This document shows, one piece after another, positions 53,115 through 64,000 of a stretch of 64,000 nucleotides of DNA. The stretch covers positions 58,528,001 through 58,592,000 of the forward strand of contig NC_043008.1 of the NCBI RefSeq assembly GCF_006345805.1. Reading direction: 5' to 3'. The translations under genes and the position numbers were made by a program. Every line of letters begins with the position of its first letter. The stretch's first letter is position 1. The DNA is from Octopus sinensis (Eukaryota). The notes beneath the pieces are model-generated. The model was not told where the DNA came from and did no database searches. It saw nothing but the letters and a program-made list of their open reading frames with translations.

Positions 53115-53538
53115 GGGTCTTTTCGGTTTGAACGGCAGTTTTTTCTAGCGGTGTCATATGAAATCGTCACCCATAATTATAACCCTGGTATCGATCTATT
53201 GCATTTCAATCTATTTTAGGGTTAGGGTTAGTTAGGGTTAGGGGTGGGGGAATGGTATTTTTTCTTCAGAAATGTAAATAAACCCAATCTGTTTCTTAAA
53301 CGAGGGACATTTTCATACGGCACAGAATGTTTTCACCTCAATAGACGGTCATTGATTGGTTGAAATTGCAGAAATTGAAGAAAAAAGACAACAAATATCT
53401 TATAAACTATAGAATTTTCTCAATAAAGCCAAGAGAAGAAGATGTTTTATAAACACATTCTACCAGTATACGAAGTTTAAAAGTGTTTAGTTACGTGGAA
53501 ATTATTTTAAAAAACTGCCGTTCAAACCGAAAAGATCC
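53115..53538 (+). mobile_element. MITE copy 2 (Merlin-like), inverted relative to copy 1
   Basis: Same TIRs. Perfect 8-bp TSD agaatatt at 53107-53114 and 53539-53546. Internal ttagggttagggttagttagggttagggg. Confidence 0.92.
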
Positions 53539-54089
53539 AGAATATTTGCTATAATGATATGTGTGCTTCAGCAACTCACTTCTGAATCTGTCTGAAATGT
53601 GATGGAAAATTGGTAATTTTCAAAACATCGATGTCCAGACCACAAAGGCAAAGTTTGAAGGAGTCAGTCATCATTTCCTTTGATTTTTAGATAGAAGCAA
53701 ATAACAAAAATCTCTTACTGATCAATGGTACACAAAAAAAAAAGATTATCACAAAAAAAAAAGATTGTCACAAAAAAAAAAAAAAGATTGTAAAATGTGT
53801 ATGGTATCAGAACCTACTTGAGGCAAAATGAAAAGGAAATCTCCTATTCAGGTCTGAGTGAATGATAAATATTTCACACGGCAACTCCGTTGTTGCGCGT
53901 TCGATTTCAGTACGCAGCACAATGAAAAAATGTATTTTATGATTAAGTTGACCAACGCATGCGGGTACAATTTGCTAGGAAAAAATGGCGGGAAACTGTC
54001 GTCGGAAGTCTGTTTCTTTTATTAAATTTGCTGGATGTAAGCAGAAATACAAAATGCATTACACACACACACACACAGACAACTTAATT

Positions 54090-54313
54090 TAAAAAATAAT
54101 AAATGCGCCCTTTTGCCGGTTTCCATGGCGTATGTGTACCCAAGCTGGGCGGGACGCCAGTCCATTGCAGCGTTACTCATATTTGCCAGCTGAGTGAACT
54201 GGAGTAACATGAAATGAAGCGTTTTACTCAAGAACACAACGGTCCAGGAAGCGAAACCACAATCTTACGATCATGATGCTGACACCCTAACCACTAAGCC
54301 ACGCGTCTCCACC
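54090..54313 (-). mobile_element. SINE family D head with V-like tail
   Basis: TSD acaacttaatt at 54079-54089 and 54314-54324. Confidence 0.9.
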
Positions 54314-54644
54314 ACAACTTAATTAGTAATGTTAATTATTGGGGATTATTACATGGACGAGAGTTTAATGCAAAAGTAAAGAAATATCAACATGAACGAT
54401 AGGAATGCATTGTGCTTTGCATTTCAATTTTTGAAGCAACAAAAGATAATAAATTTTTTCGCTAAAATAATTATATTGTACCACAAAATTTATTACGCTA
54501 AAGTTTAAATTTTAGTTCTTTATTAATATTTCTCATGAAACTTTTCTATTGAAAGTAGACAGGTGAATGCATATTTAAAAGAGTTACTTACTGATTAAGG
54601 ATATACATTCTCACACTTGTGGACGAACACACATGTTAGCTGAA

Positions 54645-54880
54645 AAGGCGGCGAGCCGGCAGAAACGTTGGCACGCCGGGCGGAATGCGTAGCCGTATTT
54701 TGTCTGCCGTTACGTTCTGAGTTCAAATTCCGCCGAGGTCGATTTTGCCTTTTATCATTTCGGGGTCGATAAATAAAGTACCAGTTACGCACTGGGGTCG
54801 ATGTATTCAAATTAATCCGTTTGTTTCTCCTTGTTTGTTCCCTCTATGTTTAGCTCCTTGTGGCCAATAAAGAAATAAGA
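54645..54880 (+). mobile_element. SINE family A monomer
   Basis: Full head to aataaagaaataa tail. Confidence 0.93.
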
Positions 54881-55194
54881 ATACATATGTTATATGAAAG
54901 ATTCAATCGATTTCAGCGTGGAAACACTCCTAATTTTAGTTACATACTATAAGGTCGATTTAACATAACGATCTTCAACGAGATCGCTCGACCTTGTAAA
55001 TTTAAGAGCTAAAGTTTGACAGCATCCTGTCAAATTTAGACTTTCTGAGACGTTCTAGAGATTGCAAGCTTCATAATAAATTCCCCGATCGTTAAGCTGG
55101 TTGTTACGTCGTAGGTCCTGTAGATCAGGGGTAAGCTCAAAATGTAGTGGAAGTTAATCTGTTGGAAAGTATATACGTGGTATATATTTAATCC

Positions 55195-55500
55195 GTGGAG
55201 GTGCAATGACCCAGTGGTTAGGGCAGCGGACTCGCGGTCGGAGGATCGCGGTTTCGATTCCCAGACCGGGCGTTGTGTGTGTTCATTGAGCGAAAACACC
55301 TTAAAGCTCCACGAGTATCCGGCAGGTAGTGGTGGCGACCCCTGTTGTACTCTTTCGCCCCAACTTTGTCTCACACTTTCTTCCTGTTTATTAAGTAACG
55401 CTGCGATGGCGTCCCGTCCAGCTGGGGGAACACATAGGCCACAGAAACCGGGAAACTGGGCCCATGAGCCTGGCTAGGCATGAAAAGGGCGCATAAATAA
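55195..55500 (+). mobile_element. SINE family C, full length
   Basis: A and B boxes, V-like tail and (ATAA)n end. Confidence 0.92.
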
Positions 55501-55564
55501 ATAATAAAATATATTTAATAAAATATTAGTAATTATATAAATCGTATTTTATCTCACAAGTTTG

Positions 55565-55981
55565 TTTTGTTACTGCCTACAAGGGGCTACACATAGAGGG
55601 GACAATCAAGGACAGACAAACGGATTAAGTCGATTACATCGACCCCAGTGCGTAACTGGTACTTATTTCATCGACCCCGAAAGGATGAAAGGCAAAGCCG
55701 ACCTCGGCGGAATTTGAACTCAGAACGTAGCGGTAGACGAAATACCTATTTCTTTACTACCCACAAGGGGCCAAACACAGAGGGGACAAACAAGGACAGA
55801 CAAACGGATTAACTCAATTACATCGACTCCATTGCATAACTGGTACTTAATTTATCGACCCCGAAAGGATGAAAGGCAAAGTCGACCTCGGCGGAATTTG
55901 AACACTCAGAACGTAGCGGCAGACGAAATACGGCTACGCATTCCGGCCGGCGTGCTAACGTCTCTGCCAGCTCGCCGTCTT
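55565..55981 (-). mobile_element. SINE family A dimer
   Basis: Junction gaaatacctatttc at ~55739-55752. Confidence 0.92.
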
Positions 55982-56749
55982 ATTCGTATTTTATCTTACA
56001 AGTTGAGCTCACAATGGTTGTTTGCCGGATATAAAACACGGAAACAAAAAAATTCAAGGATTTTATTGCCTTAAAACACTTCTCTAGTAATAGCCGACAT
56101 ATTTTGGTTGGCTGATCCTGCCAGTTACGCTTTATACATTATAGAGCGAGGGGGAAGAAAGAAAAAGATAGAGAGAGAGAGAGGAGGGAAGAAAGAGTTA
56201 AATGAGATACAGAAACAGTGTTGGGTGGGGGCAGATACAACGCTTCGGGGCAGTAAAAGAAGAAAAGCACGCTGCTCAGAGGGAGAGAAGGAACCATAGA
56301 GAGAGAGAGAGAGAGAGAGAGGAAGAAAGGAGGAGGAGAGTGAGGAGGAAAGGGTAAAGGGGGAAGATAGTGAGGAAATGAGAAAGTAGTTATGAGAAAA
56401 CGTACACAAATGAAAAATAGGTTTTAATTTAAGTATATTTTAAGATAATAAATATATTTATTTCGCAAATTAGGGTTTATTTCATCCTTTTGTTTAAGCA
56501 CTAACAAATCTAATAAAAGTTAGATTATGATGTGTGTAAATATATTTTCTGATATTAAGCGCGGCGGCAAAACTATATTTCGAAATGTGTCCGTCGTATG
56601 ATGTGTGGCACTCTAGAATTTTTTGCCTAATTATCAAACATTTCGCATATTTACTAAGTCGTAAATTAATTATGCTGTGTCGTTCTAGAAATTATTCTCC
56701 ACCATATTGAAACAGCTACATTCTTTAATACCATTCATTTGTTTATTTG

Positions 56750-56783
<34 letters not shown>

Positions 56784-56800
56784 ACACACACATATCGCCC

Positions 56801-56921
56801 GTTGACGAGGGACAACAATCCCGAAACTAGTTAAACCCTCCTTCCCTGAGCGTCAAATAATACTTTAATTGTTCCACGTCCTCGCAATGCTGTTTTTTTT
56901 TCTGTGTTTCCTTGTTTGGAT

Positions 56922-56925
<4 letters not shown>
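56801..56925 (+). ncRNA. Hammerhead-like motif in a short repeat between microsatellites
   Basis: uUGACGA, stem II GGGA/UCCC, GAAA, palindromic ACUAGU stem III, GUU triplet. C3 is changed and stem I is unpaired. Confidence 0.45.
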
Positions 56926-56972
<47 letters not shown>

Positions 56973-57234
56973 TGGCGAAAATAAATTTAAGACCGATGAT
57001 AAAAGTTCTATTTGTAACAAAAGATTTTGTTACTAACACCATACAAATTATTATTATCGGTCTTAAATTTATTTTTGCCAGTGTATATCGACCAGATTAC
57101 CAGATTCTGATATACATTGCTGGACGCAATGTGCATCGCATTGTTTCATCTTACTAAAGATCCCATCCCTCTGGCTATCAACAGTCTGGCAATCAAAGAT
57201 TCTTCCTGATCGGAAGGCTATTCCGACGCAGGGT

Positions 57235-57680
57235 TACCCATCTACAACTGAGTGAACTAGACCAACGTGAAATGAAGTGTTTTGCTCAAGAACACAACGC
57301 GCCACCTAGTCCAGGAATCGAACTCATAATCTAGGTTGTTTCACTCCAAACACAAAGTTACTATTTTTAGTCATGAAGGGTTTAGTCGAACAAATCGATT
57401 CCGGAATTGTTTTTTTAAGCCTGGTACTTTTTCCCTCATATTCGTTTGACAAACCGCTAATTGAAGCACGTCAACAATCGAACGCCGGTTATCAACAGAC
57501 TTCACAACTGGCGTTGAATTGTTTAAATACCTGTAACATAGCGGTTCGGTAAAATAGACCGATATGATAAGTATAACACTTTCAAAAGATAACTACCGTG
57601 GCAGTTTTGTTCCATTAAACCCTTCAAAGCTGTACCTCAATATGACCGCAGTCCAATGACTGAAACAAGTAAAAGATAAA
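57235..57680. mobile_element. Degenerate SINE cluster (family D head; two family B 3' halves in inverted orientation)
   Basis: caacgtgaaatgaagtgttttgctcaagaacacaacgc on the minus strand. Family B tail gcagtccaatgactgaaacaagtaaaag at ~57650-57680. Confidence 0.7.
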
Positions 57681-58639
57681 AAATGTCAATGAAAAAATGT
57701 TTATGACTTGCTTCACAATGCAAAGTGGACCTGTTTTCGAGGATATATTATATAATCTTAACGAAGAAAACCTAACAAAATGAATGAATATTGTGGAAGA
57801 AATGACCTGTTCACCACTATACCTGAAAGGTCAAAATCCAGACTTTATTACAATTCACCGCTTTTAACATAGAAAACTCTTCGACTACAAAATCATTGAG
57901 AGTTGAATTGACGTCGTTGTAATGGTTATTCGATAAAAAGTAGACTATTATAGATTCCCTTCTTTCAGAAAATTTGCATTGATATGATTTACAGCACAGG
58001 AATTCGCTTTTATTCACCGAAGTGAGATGATTACCAAGGAGGATTGTATTTTTCTATCGGCATGAACAAAAGAGCATTACATTATTTAACAGGAAAATTT
58101 TTAGAAAAAAATATTAGAAAAAATCTTTGAAGTAAATAATGAAATTCTAACTTGGAATAACTGACAAGCATAGTTAAGCACTTAACGACCCGAGCATAAA
58201 TGTGCATTTAAAAACGGAAAGCAGCTCAAATCTACAAGAACATTCATATGAATTCAGTAAAAAAATAGTAATTTGGAAAAATGTTAGAAAAAGTATTTTT
58301 GAAATGTTTTCTTTAGTAAGTAAAACTCACGCAAAGAAAATGATTTTTGTAATAGTTAAGCATTTGGAAAGTCTCGAAAATGTGAAAATTTATTCTTTTT
58401 TAAATAGCTTGAAGGAGTGAATTCAAAATGCTTTCATAAAAATTCTAACTGATGCTGGTTTGAAATTATCTAGAGAAGAGTTAGTTGCTATTTAAAAATA
58501 TATAAGGACAACCCACTCTTAAGGAATTTTAGATTTCCTATAAAAGTTAAGATTCTTTTGTAGGATTTGATTCGAATTTCAGCAGCATATTTATTTGAAA
58601 TAATTTTTTTTCATTGATCAATATTAAATACAAAACTTA

Positions 58640-59050
58640 AAGAGAATGTGTCAAATGCATTGAATAAGAACTGAGAGTTTGTTTATCGCAAATGTGACCA
58701 AATATGAAGAAATCACGAAAGAATGTGAAGCCCGTATCTTTTTGGTGTAGGATGTACAAATCTTGCGAAACAGTAGTTTTTATAAATTTCAACTTTGATA
58801 TATAATGTTTTATACCATAACATAAGACGCCTAAAGATAAATCTAAGTAGCTTATGTGGTTTGCCCCTCCATTTTCTTTGAATATACAAACGCAGGTAGA
58901 AAAGTCCGTGCCTTGGCAGATAAGAATTTCCCGGATAGCCATATGTATAAGAAATTTTTAATAGGCATTCACGGCAAGTTCCTTATAACTGCTACCCCAA
59001 CATGTAAAACATTATTACACATAAGTTACACGAGACGTCCACACGAATGA
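58640..59050 (+). pseudogene. Penelope-like element ORF remnant (RT to GIY-YIG linker)
   Basis: Across frameshifts: MWFAPPFSLNIQT, RALADKNFPDSHMYKKF and NRHSRQVPYNCYPNM*NII, matching the PLE pattern IWFNPPFS.N..T..G..FL.LIDKHFP..H..HKIFNR....SYSC.PN...II. Weaker RT-like traces upstream to ~57900. Confidence 0.7.
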
Positions 59051-59060
59051 GAACGTGCAA

Positions 59061-59700
59061 GGGGTCTACATTTAGCATATTGGATATCCACCTAGGGGTC
59101 ATCCCTCTTATATGTATGTAATATAATTTTTCTGAATCTTCAGATATTTTCAACATGCGAGTCTACTGTTTTAAATTGATATTAAAAAAATTATTATCAA
59201 TTTTTTACCCTTATTATTTAATCGGCAAGCTTCGACGCAGAAACTTTTCTGTCGAGTCATTTCAGGCTTTGGCGCGCCAAAAGGAAGATATTTGAAATAT
59301 ACCCCCAAATATAACTGACAGAACTGTATGCATGTTCTCTTTTGTATGGTCGTCTCGGGTACAGTTCTGCAAATTATATTTTCTAAGACGGTCGCACTGA
59401 TGAATTGCGGATATTTACATATGTAAATATGTAAATGGTAACAATGAAACCTTGTATGTGATTAATCATTATATCTTGTATATTTTCATTTGTCTTGCTC
59501 GCTTACGTTCTGGCGTCTGCCGGATTTTCTTGAAAAAAATTGTTCTTAGTGGTCACAGCATATGGGGTCTACATTTAGCATATTGGATGTCCACTTCGTG
59601 GTCATCCCCTCTTATATATATATAATATAATTTTTCTGAATTTTCAGATCTTTTCAATATTCTAGGCCACTGCTTTAAATTGATATTAATCAAATTAATA
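59061..59700 (+). repeat. ~140-bp direct repeat pair (pLTR-like) enclosing a hammerhead
   Basis: ggggtctacatttagcatattggat...aaattgatatta at ~59061-59205 and ~59564-59700. Confidence 0.85.
59391..59462 (+). ncRNA. Type I hammerhead ribozyme with intact core
   Basis: Stem I GUCGCA/UGUGAU (2 G-U), CUGAUGA, stem II AUUG/CAAU, GAAA, stem III AC-CUU-GU, GUA triplet. Confidence 0.7.
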
Positions 59701-59726
59701 TGAATATTTTACACTTCTTATTTAAA

Positions 59727-60135
59727 AGGAGTGGTTGTGTATTAAGTAGCTTGCTTACGAACCACATGATTCCGAGTTCAGTCCTACTGCGTAGCACCTT
59801 GGGCAACTGTCTTCTACTATAGCCTCGGGCCGAACAAAGCCTTGTGAGTGGATTTGGTAGACGGAAACTGAAAGAAGCCCGTCGTATATATGTATATATA
59901 TATATGTATGTGTGTGTATATGTTTGTGTGTCTGTGTTTGTCACCCAACATCGCTTGACAACAGATGCTGGTGTGTTTACGTCCCTGTAACTTAGCGGTT
60001 CGGAAAAAGAGTCCGATAAAATAAGTACTAGGCTTACAAAGAATGAGTCCTGGGGTCGATTTGCTCGACTAAAGGCGGTGCTCCAGCATGGCCGCAGTCA
60101 AATGACTGAAACAAATAAAAGAGTAAAAGAGTGAA
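59727..60135 (+). mobile_element. SINE family B, full length
   Basis: All modules present, with (aaaagagt)n end. Confidence 0.94.
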
Positions 60136-60912
60136 GAGTATACATATATATATAAATATATATATATATACATATATAGCTAGACAGGTAACTAGATCGA
60201 TATCGATAGATATGCATGTATATGCTTATATATATGCATCTGTGTTTGTATTTATATGCATATAAACGCGTACTCAGACACACGAACTCAGACTGATGTA
60301 TGATATACTATCTGTTGTGATCGAACTTGTGGAGCAATTTGAAATAGGGAAATAAAAAAAATAACTGGTTACTTTCATATTTCTGTAACCTTGTGTGAAT
60401 TTTCGTTTGCGAAGGTTGGCCAACACTGCTGAAGGCTGCAGTCGACGCAGTAAATAGTCAGAGAAAAGGGTGAGTTTCTTCATATATCCTTTTCCGGTTC
60501 AATCATAGAACATCTCTTTATCTCCAAACAGGTGGCTGGCGCAGAAATACGCAGCGTGATGTGATGGGTTTAGTTTAGATGCTGGTAGTTTTGATCTTCA
60601 TGTGTATTTTCAGTGTCACGGTAGCTAACTCTTACGGAAAGCAAGCCGAATGCTTAAGTCTTGCCTGCTGTTGTATAGCCTCAGAATTATCAAAACCCCA
60701 ATAAAGCATCCACGCAGTAACCAATGGTAAGAATTGTCCTTCGGTTATCGGCTAATAGGTTGAAAGTCAAGCTCACACATACACACACAAACATACACAC
60801 ACATATATAAAATAAATATCAGGGTACAAAAAATTTTTAGAAAGTTTTTACTACCAGTAGCCTAGCATGTAGAAAACTAGTCAATAGACTATATATTATT
60901 CAAATAAATACA

Positions 60913-61067
60913 GTGCACATTTAAACACATAAGAGGTGACCATCATAGGACACTTAGTACGCTAGAAGGAGTAGCCAAGACTCAAACCAGTGGTTTGGAT
61001 TTTGAACATTCCTTCTAGCGTGCTAGGTGTCCTATGATGGTCTCCTCTTATGTGTTTAAATGTACAC
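60913..61067. repeat. 155-nt fold-back hairpin
   Basis: 58-bp arms (60913-60970 and 61010-61067) with 4 non-Watson-Crick positions, plus an inner stem closing a 3-nt loop. Confidence 0.92.
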
Positions 61068-61084
61068 GCACACACACACACACA

Positions 61085-61146
<62 letters not shown>

Positions 61147-61279
61147 TGGGATGATGAAGAGGTTTTGGCTTTAGGTAAAAGAAAATACATGAGGATTAGT
61201 CAGTTACGATTTTACTCAATATATGCCCCTCGCCTGACCTTTCGCGACACCTTAAAGACAAGAACTTTTCAGCACTCCC

Positions 61280-61948
<669 letters not shown>

Positions 61949-62785
61949 ACATACACACATATGCGTGTGTGTCTGTTTCTGTATGTGTGTATGAATTTGG
62001 TTCATTACCGGTGTAATCTTGTTAAGTTATGGAAAATTCTTAATGAATGGCAACTTAATATGGAAGAATTACATGAAAGAGAAAGGGGAGGAAATAAAAG
62101 AAGGGAAGATATGGAGAAATTCGCAAAGACATCTACCAAAATTTTCAAATAGGACACTTGCGTACCATAATTATGAGGAATCAGTACATCGTTCACATAA
62201 ATGCTCAAACTAAAAGAACTAGAGCCAATTTAAAATACACGATCAGTAAATTCCTTATTTAGGTTAGCATATCTTGGTCAGCTGTTAATGAGGAAAATTT
62301 CCAGTTGAAACGAAAGAAAGGTAACTAAATCTAATGAACAACTAAACTTTGGGATGCGCGTAAACTTCCAGGTGTTTAAAATTTGTTCACAAAGTATTAT
62401 GTTAACAGAAGTGAGATTTATTATGGTTATATAATCTAATAATGATAAACGTAGTTGCGATATAGCAAAGTTATTTTGTTATAAGAAGTTACACCAAATT
62501 AGAGTGCCTCTAGATGTCAAATTAATATTAAACTGTTTGACGCCAATGTGGATTAATTGGTGCGATGTTATAAGGTTCTACTATGTTATAAGAAGTAAAA
62601 AGTGGAGAGGTTACAGGAATAAGGTTAAATTTATTGCATTAGTGCTAATAAACTGAGATAACTCGAGCGACAAAATTTATGTGAAATGATATTCTTTAAA
62701 CAAAACTTGACCGAAAGAGACTTTTGAAACCGTATATATACATACGTACATACAGACATACATTGAGTATTTATATAATATATAT

Positions 62786-62829
<44 letters not shown>

Positions 62830-63026
62830 GCATGTATGCATGTATGTATGTATAAATCTATATAAGCAGACGAAAGAAATTATACTTTTACACTTGATAA
62901 TGTTATTAAAGATACCAAGTCTCTTTCTGTTGACTTTTATTAATATCATTTTTCAGGAATGTTCTCTTAGGACTTATTTCAATATATTCACATTGATGCA
63001 ATAAATTTAGCTTTTTCTTATATACA

Positions 63027-63110
<84 letters not shown>

Positions 63111-63161
63111 AAAAAGGTGTTTGAAAACGCCACTATATAAGATAGATTTTAATTTTCTTAG

Positions 63162-63212
63162 AAATTAGACATGTTTCGGATCTTCTTGAAAAACGAACCT
63201 TCTCAAAAATAT
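63162..63212 (-). ncRNA. Degenerate hammerhead-like motif
   Basis: uUGAGAA-GGUUC...GAUCC-GAAAC-AU-GUC-UAAUU with palindromic ACAUGU. The core has a deletion or substitution. Confidence 0.4.
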
Positions 63213-63554
63213 TTTTAAAATTTAAGTGTAATAAAAAAGTTTATAATTGTTTATTACTAGTCTCAACAGAGTCCCGTGGTGGTTTTTCTTTGTGTTGGGG
63301 AACACAAATAATGTGTCAGTTTGTTTCCGTTAGAAGTTAAATGAGACATCTAAATTCTAAATATGTGTAAACTTATGAGCATCCATACACTTTCGAGGGC
63401 TTACGGTTTCCGTTCATAAACTGTTCGAGCGTGTGTAAAGGTAAAAGTATGAGGGGATTTATGTTCGGGAAGCGGTGTGTAAGAAGATATCATGCCCTTT
63501 GTTCAAAGGAAAAATGCAGTTTAATGTATTTATCCTTTTGATGTAGCACGTATA

Positions 63555-63770
63555 CGAGGGGACGCTGATAGGTTCCTGGCTTTAAAGTTATCGGGAAAAG
63601 CGTAGTTGGAGACCCAATTTTCCAAGTTCTTTTACATGGCTTAGAAAAATTGAAGCACCGCTGCAATAAGCGTATGAATCTGAGAAGAGAATATATTGAA
63701 TAAAATCATAATTAACTGATCCTTCTGCATTTTCTTTTATGCAAAGCCAGGAAGGTTTCAGTACACCTCA
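63555..63770 (+). mobile_element. Mariner-derived MITE (internal deletion derivative)
   Basis: Imperfect TIRs cgaggggacgctgataggttcctggcttt / aaagccaggaaggtttcagtacacctca, with TA on both sides. Residual LEKLKHRCNKRMNLRREYIE* resembles the mariner C-terminus. Confidence 0.8.
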
Positions 63771-64000
63771 TACTGTTCTTATTTATATGATTGGAATTTA
63801 AAAACGAGAGGAGAAACTTATATAAAGGCACCATATCGAAGTAGGCCTACACTTGGACACCTTTTTACTTCCCAGTTAAGCTACTTCTATTCATTAATGC
63901 CATCTATAATTTCCGAAAAGGAGAAGCCAGTGGGGTTTTAGATATTAAAGAAATGAAAAATTAAATTGTGAAACGTTAGTTTAGTCGAAATACAAAACTA

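Overview
AT-rich, microsatellite-dense animal DNA with no recognisable intact host gene. Repeat content and style point to a mollusc, probably a cephalopod such as Octopus (inference). The window is a dense transposon graveyard. DNA transposons: one full-length but inactivated DD34D mariner with TIRs and TA duplication, three further mariner remnants or MITEs, a hAT-type transposase fragment, and two copies of a MITE with 8-bp TSDs carrying TTAGGG repeats. Retroelements: CR1-group LINE fragments (one near-complete APE-RT ORF2), RTE-type 3' ends, and about 35 copies of four tRNA-derived SINE families (A-D here) that share modules. The main unannotated signals are: (1) type I hammerhead-ribozyme motifs at about eight loci with unrelated stem sequences, two with fully intact cores, one next to a Penelope-like ORF remnant; (2) a 3' motif (GGYGGTGC..CATGGCC-hairpin-GAAAC) shared by SINE family B and three LINE ends; (3) head-to-tail SINE A multimers with an identical palindromic junction at three loci. 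All alignments were done by eye, coordinates of decayed repeats are approximate, and named SINE-domain and superfamily assignments come from recall and need database checks.
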